From: Octopus vulgaris
Taxonomy: Eukaryota
Length of the DNA stretch: 64,000 bases
Assembly (NCBI GenBank): GCA_951406725.2
Contig: OX597814.1
Span: 64,046,001 to 64,110,000, forward strand
Reading direction: 5' to 3'
Below are positions 26,698 to 39,287 of this stretch, piece after piece (position 1 is the first letter of the stretch; each line of letters begins with the position of its first letter). A program made the position numbers and the translations under genes. A model generated the notes under the pieces. The model was not told the origin of the DNA. It did no database searches and worked only from the letters and a program-made list of their open reading frames with translations.

Positions 26698-26919
26698 TTC
26701 TTTATTCTTTTACTTGTTTCAGTCATTTGACTGCGGCCATGCTGGAGCACCGCCTTTAGTCGAGCAAATCGACCCCGGGACTTATTCGTTGTAAGCCTAG
26801 TACTTATTCTATCGGTCTCTTTTGCCGAACCGCTAAGTTACGAGGACAAAAACACACCAGCATCGGTTGTCAAGCCATGTTGGGGGGACAAACACAGACA
26901 CACAAGGATATATACACAC

Positions 26920-26952
<33 letters not shown>

Positions 26953-27122
26953 CAAATACGACGGGCTTCTTTCAGTTTCGGTCAACCAAATCCACTCACA
27001 AGGCTTTGGTCAGCCCGAGGCTATAGTAGAAGACACTTGTCCAAGGTGCCACGCAGTGGAACTGAACTCATGACCATGTGGTTGGTAAGCAAGCTACTTA
27101 CCACACAGCCACTCCTGCACCT
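26698..27122 (-). mobile_element. tRNA-derived SINE (family C)
   Basis: Minus head GGTGCAGGAGTGGCTGTGTGGTAAGTAGCTTGCTTACCAACC..GTTCAGTTCCAC, tail GCATGGCCGCAGTCAAATGACTGAAACAAGTAAAAGAATAAA. Older copy at 48265-48562. Confidence 0.9.
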
Positions 27123-27204
27123 ATGATAAATCTTTAGCAATTTTCATAAATATTTAGCATTACGATTACATAAAACGTGGTACATGCTAGAGAGAATTGT
27201 ATAA

Positions 27205-27380
27205 AAATATTGGTTTCAAAATTTGGTACATGTCCAGTAATTTCTGGAGAAGGTTTGAGACGAGAAGGAATGAAAGACAAAGTCGACCTCAGTGGTATTT
27301 GAACTCAATAAATAGACGGACGAAATGCCACTAAACATTTTTCGTCGGCGTGCTAACAATTCTGCTAGCTCGCCGCCTTA
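27205..27380 (-). mobile_element. SINE family D (internally deleted)
   Basis: aagtcgacctcagtggtatttgaactc...ttctgctagctcgccgcctt. Confidence 0.8.
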
Positions 27381-27578
27381 ATTTTTAGAAAAATATTCAT
27401 GAGTAAAGCACCGCACAAAATGAACTTTTGTTTAATTGAAATAACCTGCATATTGTGGGGAAGGGAGACAAGCAATGGGATATAGAATTTGTGAAAAGCC
27501 AAAACGAGACACTGAGAAACAAAAAATTGAGAATCATTGACAAAGGCTTAAATTATCTCATTTCTATTATAAAATCAG

Positions 27579-27696
27579 GACCACCAGATGCTGAACTCTG
27601 TAAAGCCAGTAGATTAACATGGATGCAAGAGAATGATGGTTGCAGTGAAAAATGTTACATAGAATTTGGATTTAAATACAATATAATTCCACAGAG
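27579..27696 (+). CDS. PAPPA: Pappalysin-like exon
   Basis: atcag|...|gtacgg. GPPDAELCKASRLTWMQENDGCSEKCYIEFGFKYNIIPQ, like GHPDVEQPCKSSVRTW...CYLELEFLYPLVP. Phase 1 to 2. Confidence 0.92.
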
Positions 27697-27898
27697 GTAC
27701 GGCTCTGAATTTTTTTGTTTTTAATATTCGTCACTTACCTTGGTATTTTCTTTATTCTTAAATTAATTGCTCATTTTAATAGCCTAAACTTTGAAAAGCT
27801 GAACATTTATCTAAATATGCTTATCTATATATGTGTGTGTATGTACTTGCGTGCGTATGTTTGTGTTACTGCATGTAATATCTATCTATCTATCTATC

Positions 27899-27934
<36 letters not shown>

Positions 27935-27941
<7 letters not shown>

Positions 27942-28670
27942 AACTTACTGTTAACAAAAGTTGGGATGCGTGGTGTTCACTTAATAAATGAAAAATGCAT
28001 TAAGTAAACAACGGTAGCTAAAAAAACGTACAAGTAGGACAGGCACAGACGGCCCTAATTCTTCATTAGTTACCAACCGAATGATAATACTCAGTTTCAT
28101 GACTTTAATCATAAAACTGAGAATTTTGCATATCGGCGGCACCCGCAAAATTTGTGGAGAATTAGGGCTTCGAACGATCGCAACGTTAGAGTGGACATAG
28201 GAAAGTAAACAAATGTAATTTAAGACGGTTGACAAAGACGGAATAAATAGGTGGATGAGAAAAATACGGCCTTTGAGCCAGAAATACGAAAATGGTGGGT
28301 AACGCCTGGAAGAAATCCTGAAGGGTTATATTGAGACAAATAGCAAGAGAAGAGAGAAATATCGAGCGGCTAGCTAATCGTCCTGTGCGAAAAAGGCAGA
28401 GAAATGGGAAAATTGGTCGCGGGTCACGTGTGAATGGTAGATAGAGGGGAAGGAGGATAAGAGAGAGGGAGAGAGAGCAGTAGAGAGAACAGGGAAGGAG
28501 AAAGGAAGAAAGTCTACGATTACAAGTGAGAAGCCGAGAGAAAGGAAGAGGAGAAAGTGGGAATGCTAGAAATAGAAAAAGAGGATGAGAAAAAGAGGAA
28601 AGTAAAGGATAGAGTCGCAAAATTATATATATGAAAACCTTACTGTTAACAAAAGTCAGGATGCGTGTTA
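27935..28670 (-). mobile_element. Non-coding element with ~40-bp terminal direct repeats, structured core and purine/pyrimidine tract
   Basis: atatgaaaa(a/c)cttactgttaacaaaagt..ggatgcgtg at both ends. Abuts (TA)n. The stem gccctaattct/agaattagggc encloses several hairpins. Confidence 0.7.
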
Positions 28671-29807
28671 CATATTTCAGATTTTACTTCAAGAGAAAAG
28701 GAAGCATTTAATTTCTTGTTTCATGATCATACCTCATCTGACGAGTAAAGGGAGTAGATATAAATTCACTAGGATCTTTCTTCATTTTATATTTAGATAC
28801 ATTTGATATCACTCACGTAATTATTTTCTTTAATAACGCTTGAACATCATGATTTCATATTCTACCTCTCGTAAATTTCCTGTCGTTATACCAATACAAA
28901 ATTTTAATTAGCATACAACATGTATTTCGGTTAAAATGATTGATCATCTGTTTGAATCCCTGCTCCAGCTATATGGCCCTTTCTCTGACACTTTAACATG
29001 CAACAGTACCATTTATATGTAATAAGGTACCACGTGAAGTTGTAGTTGTAAATAGATGCAGTTTATATAAAATTATATTATTGTACCACAATTCCAAGTT
29101 CAATTACTTTCTTAACATCTACGTTTTGTTAACGTTCCACAAAGAAGTATTTCATTTATGCGTCTTAGACCAGTAAGATATGTACTGTTTTAATCAATGC
29201 ACACATGGAGAAAGAGGAATAAAGAACCTAATGTCAATCATTACACGTAGCCAACTATCTTCAATCACAGCCTTTCAAAATTCCTACAAATGCTAGGCTT
29301 CGATATATCTGGTGATCTTTCACGATAACCTCACATATACAATATTGCCAAACTGCACCCTAAAAACTAGAACTTCCATTTTAGTACTAGAAAATATTTC
29401 AGCTTTGATTAATTGCTGATGGTCTAGTACGACCCACTTCAGAGTTCTACTCACAGAAATTGAATGGTATGTTACGTGACACACGAGTTCCGAAATAATA
29501 TAATTTTGCTTATTAGCGCTCTCCTCCTGACATGCTATATACAGACTATATACAGACTTACACTGTTTTCTCTTTCTTCCTCTTCTAACGCTACCGCATT
29601 CACTACACCTGTCTCTCTTCCGTTTGTAATCCCTACCATTTATCACAGCCAATACAAAGAAATAGGCTAAATGTTGTCTAGGGAATTTCCTACCCTCCAC
29701 TCTCTTTTTACATACATCAACCTTCACATGCTCAAACAGAATTCCACCAACATCTCACTAGTCTGGGAGAGCTCACAAAAGCTATAGAATCACTGATTAA
29801 TAATATT

Positions 29808-30030
29808 TTCAAATTTTGGTACGAGCCCAGTAATTTTAGATGAAAGTTGTAATCCGATATCGTCCCTGGTGCTGAACCGTTACTTATTTTCTTGACGCCC
29901 CCCCCCCCCCTATCCACCCACCAAAAAAAAAACGGAAAGCAAAGGTAACTTCGGCGGAATTTGAAGTGAGAATTAAAGCGTAGGAAGAAATGATCTTGAA
30001 CATTTTTTGTCCGACACGCTAATGATTCTG
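29808..30030 (-). mobile_element. SINE family D (decayed)
   Basis: ttcaaattttggtacgag...cttcggcggaatttgaa...ccgacacgctaatgattctg. Confidence 0.65.
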
Positions 30031-30207
30031 TCTTACAACTGATCAATAAAAAGATATACCTCATCTAAAAGTGACTGTCACCTATTGAACTTGCCCGTCT
30101 ATGTAATCGATTTCATCGGTTGACAATAGCCAGATCGATTGGAGGAAAGATTGATAAAAATATTATTTTTCGTTGGCTATTTACTAACCTGTGCTTTTCT
30201 TCCTCAG

Positions 30208-30361
30208 AATCAGTATTTGGGTCGTGTGGGAGGCAGCAGTTGGAATAAAGAATGTGAAGTTTTACTTCGTGGACGGAACTACAGATTTTCTCGGCCCGGT
30301 CAAGGCGTTCTGTGATATGCCATTTACTGCAAGACTTAACTACAACAAGAAAGTTAAAAAG
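30208..30361 (+). CDS. PAPPA: Pappalysin-like exon
   Basis: ctcag|...|gtattt. RISIWVVWEAAVGIKNVKFYFVDGTTDFLGPVKAFCDMPFTARLNYNKKVKK, like LTIWV...LGPQNVFCDVPLTIRL. Phase 2 to 0. Confidence 0.93.
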
Positions 30362-33300
30362 GTATTTAGTATAATTTGAATATTTTCTTTTATGGAAAAT
30401 TGTAGAGATGGTGAATACACATTACCCAACTCATTGACTTTACAAACTGATGTCGGGATCTCGTGTTTGTCGTATACACAATCCAGGTCAATAAGTGCCA
30501 CTACCATACAGAATTCCATTCGATAGTCTATATAACCTATATAGGCATGTATGTGTGTTTCTAATATAACACATTACACTTCTCACAATATCCAGGGAGT
30601 TAGTACATTTACTATCACAGTTGTTTCTATTTCTCTCATACTTTATGCTTTTGCCCGTCATTTTCTTCTGCTTAAATCTCTCTTTTACTTTCTCCTCATC
30701 CTCTCTCTCCCTCTCTCACCCTGTTTGGGCGCGTGTTTTTCTCTTTTTCTCTCTCCACTCTGCATGTAACTCCATTCTTTACTCTCCGTAAGTAGATTTA
30801 TGATACTGGACAAATAACGTTAAGTAACTGCTTTTTTTTCTTTTTAAAAGTTTCCCTGTCAAAAAGAAAGCATGATGCGACGGCTCACGATTCTTCAAAC
30901 TAGACCACATATAGCTTGCAAACTACGATATCTATAACTTATTTAAAACTTGATTTTATAAATATCCCGAGATTCGAGACCCATCAATTAAGAGAGCCTT
31001 TATCTTTATGTGTATGTGTGTATGTGTGTGCGTATTTCTCTTGAGCAAAATCCGACTCATCACAGTTAATCTTGCGCCAAGTTATATCCAGTGAAGTGTT
31101 AGAGCTAAGCCATAAATATTAATAATACACGACAGTTATAGACTATCGTTGCTACTCACAACCTCTTCCTACCGGCAGCTGGTAAGTTTGGTTAACGAAG
31201 ATAGGTCATAGTGAGAAATATTTACTGCAATTTTTACCTTGAAAAACAATGTTTTTTACCTTACAAAATGTATATCAGCTAAGCAAATAACCTGAAAAGA
31301 CATTAAAAACACTATAACATATTCACAAAACTATTTCAGAAAATTATCTCCGTTCTGCTTGTGCAGACAAAAGAAAAATTTCAGCGAAGCGAAATGAGTA
31401 AAGCGAAGTAAAGTAAATGTTTTCTCTTCAGTTCTCCAGAATTACATTTGAAAAGACTCGTACACGTCAATATCGATACTTAGACATCGGAAAGATCAGA
31501 AATGCAACAAAAATCAAAAACATTTAGGTGAAATAAGAGGATCTTGCAAAGTGCTATATGATATAAAATTTATGAAACTCAACATACAATATTTATTCTG
31601 AGAAATTTAGACAAAAAAGTTATCATTAAGGTAAATATCTTTAGGCTGACCTTTTAGGCATCAGTTTTCCTCATAAACGTCACATGAGAACCATTTCTCA
31701 CTTTTCTGTCCTTTGTAAAGTCACCACAATCGTTCGCCCTTCGTGTACTTAGTGTTCTCTTTTTTAGAAATTTCATCTTCTTCATCGTCAAGACATGCTT
31801 CTACACAGGAAATGAATTCTCTTCCTTCACTTCTTCCATGCATCCCCTTCAGCTTTGTAGAATTGTTGTCCTTATTTACTTTCCCCTCCTTAGCTTCCTT
31901 TTGCAAACGAAGGAGCACATCTGTAGTAAGGACTTCAACTTTTGCCGTTCGGACGCGTTTTCGTTTCCTGTTGGATTTCTGTAAAGCTCTTCATGGTTTC
32001 CTTAGATTATCAGCAGATGAAGCCACTATGGCGAAGACTTCTGGTTTGATATCCGTGAACTGCTGTGAGCAACATTAAATGAGATCATTCAGTCCTTCCC
32101 TGACACATTATACTTAAAAAACAGTTTTCCTCTCAACTGCATTTATATACATATTAACACTTTCGTCTGAAATTCCTGTGTCCCATATGGTCAACCTAAT
32201 CTAAATTAAAAAGCAAGAATATATCGACTACATCTTCCTCCTATTTCTTTGAAAGCATTCTAACAAAACGACCATCATCAATTCGTTCAGACTGGTTGAT
32301 TCTTTGACTCATCTTTGAAATGTCCCATATAGGACAGTAGTTGAGTTGCAGTATGACAGATAGATGCGCCTTTAGCTAACATGTCGCAAACTTTCTCTAT
32401 TGCTTCTTCGCAATCTGCTGGAGTAGCTCTCTTACTGATATGTTCGTGCACCGTATAGCTAAAAAGAAAAAATTATTGAGATTAGTCATTACCTATTTTT
32501 CCCCTCTTAACACAATTATTTTTTTCACATTGAAAATTCAATAAAAATTTCTTGCCTATCTTCAGAATATGTGTGTGTGTGTGTGTGTGTGTGTGTCTGC
32601 GCGCACGTGTATGTGTGCGTGTGCGTATGAGTATATGTATGTATATGAGATTATGCGTATATATGTAAATATATATATATATATATTAAAAGGATATGTT
32701 ATAATACTGTTCTACAACCATACCAACAATCCAACATACCTCCATCATCAGCTGCCCCACGGATATCATTATGGTTTCGACAACTGGGCAGTACCATTCA
32801 ATCCGGCGGTGTCAGAAGCACTAAAATAAGTGTTGTTTGGAACAAACAAACCAAAAAAACCACAACTTTCAAACACATTTACCCAATGTACAACCGTATC
32901 GATAAATAAATTCCATAAGTAAATTAAAACCCCTCCTAAATACTAAAGTCATAAAAAATTATAATCCCTACCGTCTTCCGTAGTGTAATATAAAAGTAAA
33001 GCTTAATAACTACATTATTTCAATCAATCAATATACAGGCAGGATTAGACACTAACCTTGCTAAAACTACAGCCAGAAACATTTAAACCAATGTACATTG
33101 TATTGGTATTAATACTAAACTACAATAGTTAAATTATATGCTAAATTGCGATCCATCTTTAAGTCCATATAAAGACTAATCCCACCGGTTTTCGATACAT
33201 ACTGCTATAATGAACATTCAAACCTTATAAATTTTTTCCAACCCAAAACACGATTGAAATTAATTTAACTAATATTTTTATGAGTGAAACATAATATTTC

Positions 33301-33571
33301 ATCATTCAAAAGTTAATAATAAAACACCATATACACATTAATATATCACCACTATAAGTTAATAATATTAAATTACCAGTGACTAATATACACTTAAATT
33401 TCATTAAATAGGAACTAATAAAAATACTTATAATGAATTAATATTAAAAACCTTCCTAGGTTTAAAGCTAATTAAACTGTTTAAAAGACAATAAAACTAC
33501 AACTATTAACACTTACATGTTTAATCGAACAGGCGGCTCCCTCACCAAGAATTTAAAGAGCAATTAAATAT

Positions 33572-33974
33572 TTATTTCTTTATTGCCCACAGGGGCTAAG
33601 CATAGAGGGGACAAACAAAGACAGACAAACGGACTGAATCGATTACATTGACCCCAGTGTGTAACTGGTACTTATTTAATCGACCCCGAAAGGATGAAAG
33701 GTAAAGTCGACCTCGGCGGAATTCAAACTCAGAACGTAGCAGCAGACGAAATACCTATTTCTTTACTACCTACAAGGGGCTAAACACAGAGAGGACAAAC
33801 AAGGACAGACAAACGGATTAAGCCGATTATATCGACCCCAGCGCGTAACTGGTCCCCGGAAGGATGAAAATCAAAGTCGACCTCGGCGGAATTTGAACTC
33901 AGAACGTAGTGGCAGGCGAAATACCGCTAAGCATTTCGTCCGGCCTGCTAACGAGTCTGCCAGCTCGCCGCCCT
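33572..33974 (-). mobile_element. Dimeric SINE related to family D, with target-site duplication
   Basis: Head at the right end, body and tail duplicated (~185 bp). Flanked by agcaattaaatatt / agcaactaaatatt. Confidence 0.85.
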
Positions 33975-34435
33975 AAAGCAACTAAATATTGATGACGTAG
34001 TGCGTAATTACCACTTTCTCAATTGTCTCAATACCGATGACGTAGTAAGCAAATAACTCGAATCGTAAACCTTCAAATCCTTTACAAATATTTGCTAAGC
34101 TGAAGATTAGATATTACCCCATATTTATTTAAAATGTTAAGTTTCACACCTAAACAGCGATTAAAAGATTTAACCAAATTACTATGTTTATAACCTTGTT
34201 TTACTAAATAACTTAACAGCTTATTTATTCTTTCCAAAAATTTATTAGCATTATTACTAATAGTACTATATCTAACGATATAACCAACAAAACACCATAA
34301 CCAATAAAAGAAGGAACTTTACTACTGAACCATGACTTTGAAGCCCCTGGGAAACCAAAATTTTCTGTTTTATAAATCTCAGTATATATTTCATTGTTAT
34401 TCTTAATGACTTGATTGACATCTAAATAATCTTTA

Positions 34436-35350
34436 CCATTTCCGATGGATATATGTATATAGTTTGATAGACACAATACATGTTTATATGTGCTACTAAT
34501 AGTTTCATACGTTGAGAAATACCTCAAATGTATTATCAGGCACAAACCACATATCATAATGAACTAAAGTTTGAATGAGAGAAGAAATGCGAAAAGTTGT
34601 GAAGGAAGCATATAGAAAACGTGGAAGATTAAAAACGGAAAACGGAAAGAGAAAAAGTAATATGTAAAAAAAGGTAAAATAGGTAAAACAAAAAGCTATC
34701 CTCCTTAGACATTAAGTTATAAGGCTGGAAATATATCAACAATTTAATGAAGTATACGCGGAATTTTCCAATTCTTCAAAATGTACTTAGACCTACGTTT
34801 ACAACAGCAAAAAATTTCCAATCAAGTTTTCAGTAGTAAGTTAGGGATCTTAAATCTAAAATGGATTTAAGCTCTTTCAGTTATACAGAGCTTTCATTTA
34901 TTTGATCCATTAACATACAATGTAACCTGTGCTTAGCTGAAAGAGCCCAGATATTTTTCATATCTAAGATCCCTATCTCACTACCGAACTCTAGGTCTGA
35001 AATATTAAGCGGTTGTAAACATAGGCTAAGTACATTTTGAAGAATTGGAAAATTCCGCCTATACCTGATTAACTTGTTGGTATTTTTCCAGCTCTATAAC
35101 TTAAGGACGATAGTTCTTTTACTTATTAAACTTTTTTTTACAATTTACTTTTCCGCTTTTTAAGCTTCCACATTCTCTATATGCTTCCTTCTCAACTTTT
35201 CGCGTTTCTTCTCTCATTCAATTTTTAGTTCGTGATATGTGGTCTGTGCCTGATGGATATGTTAAAGGCATTTCTCAATATATGAAAATGTTAGTAGCAC
35301 ATAAAAATATGTATTGTGTCTATTAAATAATATTTATCTCTCGCCAGATG
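34436..35350. repeat. ~900-bp imperfect fold-back palindrome with an HHR-like motif in each arm
   Basis: For example ggaattttccaattcttcaaaatgtacttag pairs with ctaagtacattttgaagaattggaaaattcc. Centre near 34910. HHR-like motifs at 34489-34544 (-) and 35245-35301 (+). Confidence 0.9.
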
Positions 35351-35386
35351 GAGTACTTCTTTTGCTTATTTTACCATCACGGAACA

Positions 35387-35422
<36 letters not shown>

Positions 35423-35445
35423 TTACATTTTTGTATATATAATCC

Positions 35446-35499
<54 letters not shown>

Positions 35500-35573
35500 G
35501 TGTATTTTTTGTTATCATGTGTGTAGTCTACCGTGTGTATAAATAAAAATATATGTCGGTTATTCTTTCGCAG

Positions 35574-35743
35574 ATTCGCGTATACACAAATAACGGCTAT
35601 GTAGGAATTGACGCCATTCAGCTAGTTTCGACACCTGCAAGTGCCAAGGTTTGTAACAGCTGCCGACCAACAAAATACCAAGTGATAAGAAATCCAAAAT
35701 TTCCAAGACCTGTATATACCAGTAACACGATGTTTACAGATAG
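35574..35743 (+). CDS. PAPPA: Pappalysin-like exon
   Basis: cgcag|...|gtacga. IRVYTNNGYVGIDAIQLVSTPASAKVCNSCRPTKYQVIRNPKFPRPVYTSNTMFTD, like IQIYT...EIDAAMLTS...CLQCKPLKYKVVRDPP. Phase 0 to 2. Confidence 0.93.
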
Positions 35744-37562
35744 GTACGAGTTAAATATTCTTGACGTCCTAATATCTACATAATTCGTTCGTTCGTAAAC
35801 TGAACCTTTCTTTCGATCAATTAATGACTCCCATATATAACAGGTCAACCTCAGAACTGTAAATTACCAAAAGTTATTCGTTCGTTCCTCTCTACTGCAC
35901 CACTTAACATTGGCTTCCTCTCCCCCACTTCATTCTGCACAAAATTTGTAGCTATATTTTCGAGTAGGTGGGTATAATGGGTTTTTTTATACAAAATGAT
36001 TGACTCGCAACACGGATTTCTTGTACGTGTATCAAGTTGTTCGATCAACTGCATAACCTCCTTTTTGAGTTGGCATGCACGTTCATCCTTGCTCTGTTCA
36101 AAGTAGGATTAGTTTGACACACTTGTGACATGCTTAGACCCATGAATTACTGTTATAGTCCAACCGACGGGCTTCTATAGTTTTCGCATACCCAAATTAA
36201 CTCACAAGGCTTGCATCAACCGTGGACATCAGGGTTGTAAAGCGAACTCAACCGTTTTGCAATACAGTGTCATCGACAAGCTACAAATTAACACAATATC
36301 TATTGTTGAGTTGAAAATGTAATACAAATGATCATTTCTATCTGTCTTTATTTTTCTACATTCTTTATACCACCAAAGAAAGTGAAAAGAAGTTGTCGCT
36401 TTATTTATATTTATATCTTCCTTGATAATATAATCAACCTTAGTGAAGTGATATGGTTTCCATGATTTCACTGTTTCCATTTCGCAAGTACGAATATTGG
36501 TTGAAGAGATATGCTTCCCTATCATGTGGTCTTCACTTCGATACTACTATGTAGTGGCTTAGAATAATCAATTCTTTTATGGCTGCGAAATTTCTCTTAC
36601 ATTCTGAATGAATCTGAGTAGAACATATTGTTCGGAATCCTCTCAGATGACAAATTTAATCCTTTGAAACTGATTCAATATCACCATTGTTCATGATTTA
36701 CATAATTTCATGTAATCACTAATTGTTATAATCTTGCCATTTAGGTACCTGAATTTTCGTTATGTTGCTATTAAACATACAAATATATTATTACAATCTA
36801 TGCAAACAATAATGTCACATGTTTTATTGCACATAAATGTATGCCTATATGTCGTTGTAAGCTATCCAGAGTTTTTGATGACAGAGAAAGCAACAACAAA
36901 TATTGTCAGAAATACTCAAAATATTGTGTAGAAAGTTTTGTACATCCAAAATACGAATTCCATTTCGAAGTTCTTTCAATAAGTTCCACTTAACATATAA
37001 TTATATTTTGTAGGTAAAAATATATGCAGTGTATACATGTGTATATATATATAAATATGTATATATACAAAAATTCAAAAGTGTAAGCCTATATTCATTA
37101 CTATCTATGCACAGAAGCTCTCAATACATGCATACATGTGCAGGTGCACACGCATATTCTCATCTGCATGGATCCTAAATCCACTCGCCTACTCACAAAC
37201 ATAAATATTTCCACACACATGCATATAAATACAAATGAATATATCATATGGGCGTTTGTGTGTAAGTATGTATTATGCATGTTTTGTTTTGTTCCTTTTT
37301 ATTCTCTTTTTAATTTAGAGTTAATTTTGACCGGCAACCTGCTTGGTAGCAAGGTTCGGAAAGAAAGTATCTCGTTTTATTCATCAGTCTTACTTTTAAT
37401 AGTGTGTTTCACCTCACCTAAGCGCTATGTTGTTTCGACAATTTCATGTCAAATTATCAAATATTTGGTCGATTTAATTCTAGACCCATTGTGTATTCGT
37501 CGTTGGCTTGATTATTCTCCATTTGCACAAAGTTAATTCACATCTCCTTTTCTTTATTACAG

Positions 37563-37691
37563 ATCTGTTAAGCGAGGAGCGAATTATAGTTACACAATCC
37601 AAGTTAATATCGGAAACAAAAAGAGTACCTTGTCACCATCCCTTTATTATTACCACGGTCAGCCATTTTGTGGCAACGGAAGGGTAGAAAG
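37563..37691 (+). CDS. PAPPA: Pappalysin-like exon
   Basis: tacag|...|gtttgt. RSVKRGANYSYTIQVNIGNKKSTLSPSLYYYHGQPFCGNGRVE, like YQYWV...SPAVTYIHGSGYCGDG. Phase 2 to 2. Absent from the ORF track. Confidence 0.92.
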
Positions 37692-37986
37692 GTTTGTTTG
37701 AACCGAATTTCACCCTAAAGCAGTGCGCTCGTATCTATTACAAATTTATAACTACATTTAACCATACATATAATTAGTACATACGCTCACAGACCACATT
37801 GTGTCCAGATTGGCTAATTCAGGAAGCAAAATCATATCTCGGGTTAAAATAACCACCTTTTAGTGGTTGAGGGCTCTCTTGAACCACAACTTTAATGGCT
37901 ATCAGTTGGAACCGATATTAATTGTTTTTTCTTTGTTTATGGGAGGGGGGGTCTCGGTTCAAATAACCAAATTCAGGGCATATCGA

Positions 37987-38054
<68 letters not shown>

Positions 38055-38173
38055 AATAGAGTTGGTAAAATTCAGGCCGCATATGTTTCCTAGCCTGCAG
38101 TTGCTTTTATGCCCACTACGGATTACTCGAAGCTTACTAACATCATATTCTTGTACTTAAAATTACATATGAC

Positions 38174-38240
<67 letters not shown>

Positions 38241-38260
38241 TAATATTCTAATTATGCAAC

Positions 38261-38860
38261 AGAAGCAACTACGTTGATAAACTAAGAGCTTTATCAACAT
38301 AGTAAATTTAACACATATGTGTCGTTTAAATGCCAGAAGCTGCTGTTTTTAATCAGAGAAAAAGCTCCTTTGCAAAGGTATTGTGTTAAGAAGCAGAGTA
38401 TGTTTTAAGGGCTGGGTAAAACGAAATTGCCACAGAAGTAACTGCAAGAGCAATAAATATGGCTTCCGCCGCTTTGTCGGCTTGTCAGTGTCATGTACTC
38501 GCGTCACTTCTGAAATCTCATTAGCGAATATGAAGTATACAGATATAGTATATAACTACACCCTGCTTTAAGAAGGCAATGTAAAAGCCGAAGAAAATCC
38601 GGATTCGAAGAAATTTCGAATACAGAACTCCAGCAGAAGCAGTTTTATATATAAAATAGAATCTTTATCAATGTGTGTCGTTGAAAAATCAGAATATGCA
38701 GTGTTTAGTCCGGAAAAAAATTCCTTTATAGATTTTGTGTTGACGTAATATACGTTAGAGCTATGCGAAACGAAATCGCCCAGAAGTGTCCTCGAGAGCA
38801 GCAGATATGTATTTCGCCGTTAGTACAGTTTGTCAATGTCGCGTACTCGTGTCACCACGA
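38261..38860. repeat. Old diverged direct duplication (period ~360-370 bp)
   Basis: Shared blocks in order: ctttatcaa, tgtgtcgtt, tccttt..ttgtgtt, aaacgaaat.gcc.cagaag, ttgtca.tgtc..gtactcg.gtcac. Confidence 0.6.
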
Positions 38861-39044
38861 AACGAAAGTTTTATTAGTGCACAGGCTTATCAAACTTTTC
38901 CAAGCAACTTCGAAATTTCGACCAGCTGCATTTCGTCCAAACTGTGTGAAGAAAGCTAACAGGCTGAAATTTCGAAGACACTATCAGCACGTTACTTGTA
39001 AAAGTTGATAAAACCTAGGATACTGATACACACACACATTCGTA

Positions 39045-39080
<36 letters not shown>

Positions 39081-39166
39081 AACACACACATATACATAGA
39101 TCCTAATTTCATTCGATATAGCATTATTTACTGTACAACACTTTCCTTTTATTTAATCTTTTAAAG

Positions 39167-39258
39167 CCAACTCGCAGAATCATGTGATGATGGAAATGTC
39201 CACAACGGAGATGGATGCACAATGCATTGCCAGGTAGAGAAATTCTACAGGTGCAAAG
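39167..39258 (+). CDS. PAPPA: Pappalysin-like exon (Cys-rich CDDGN..GDGC motif)
   Basis: taaag|...|gtactg. SQLAESCDDGNVHNGDGCTMHCQVEKFYRCK, like GEQCDDMNKINGDGCSLFCRQE. The acceptor was chosen because it gives the required phase 2. Ends phase 1. Confidence 0.9.
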
Positions 39259-39287
39259 GTACTGTATTTCTGAGAATTCCATACATA

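Noticed and set aside
32830-33560. Possible mitochondrial insertion (AT-rich, strand-skewed; cgcctgttcgattaaacatg resembles a 16S primer site)
   Set aside because: Similarity does not extend to other rRNA motifs and no mitochondrial tRNA or ORF was recognised. BLASTN to a mitogenome would settle it.
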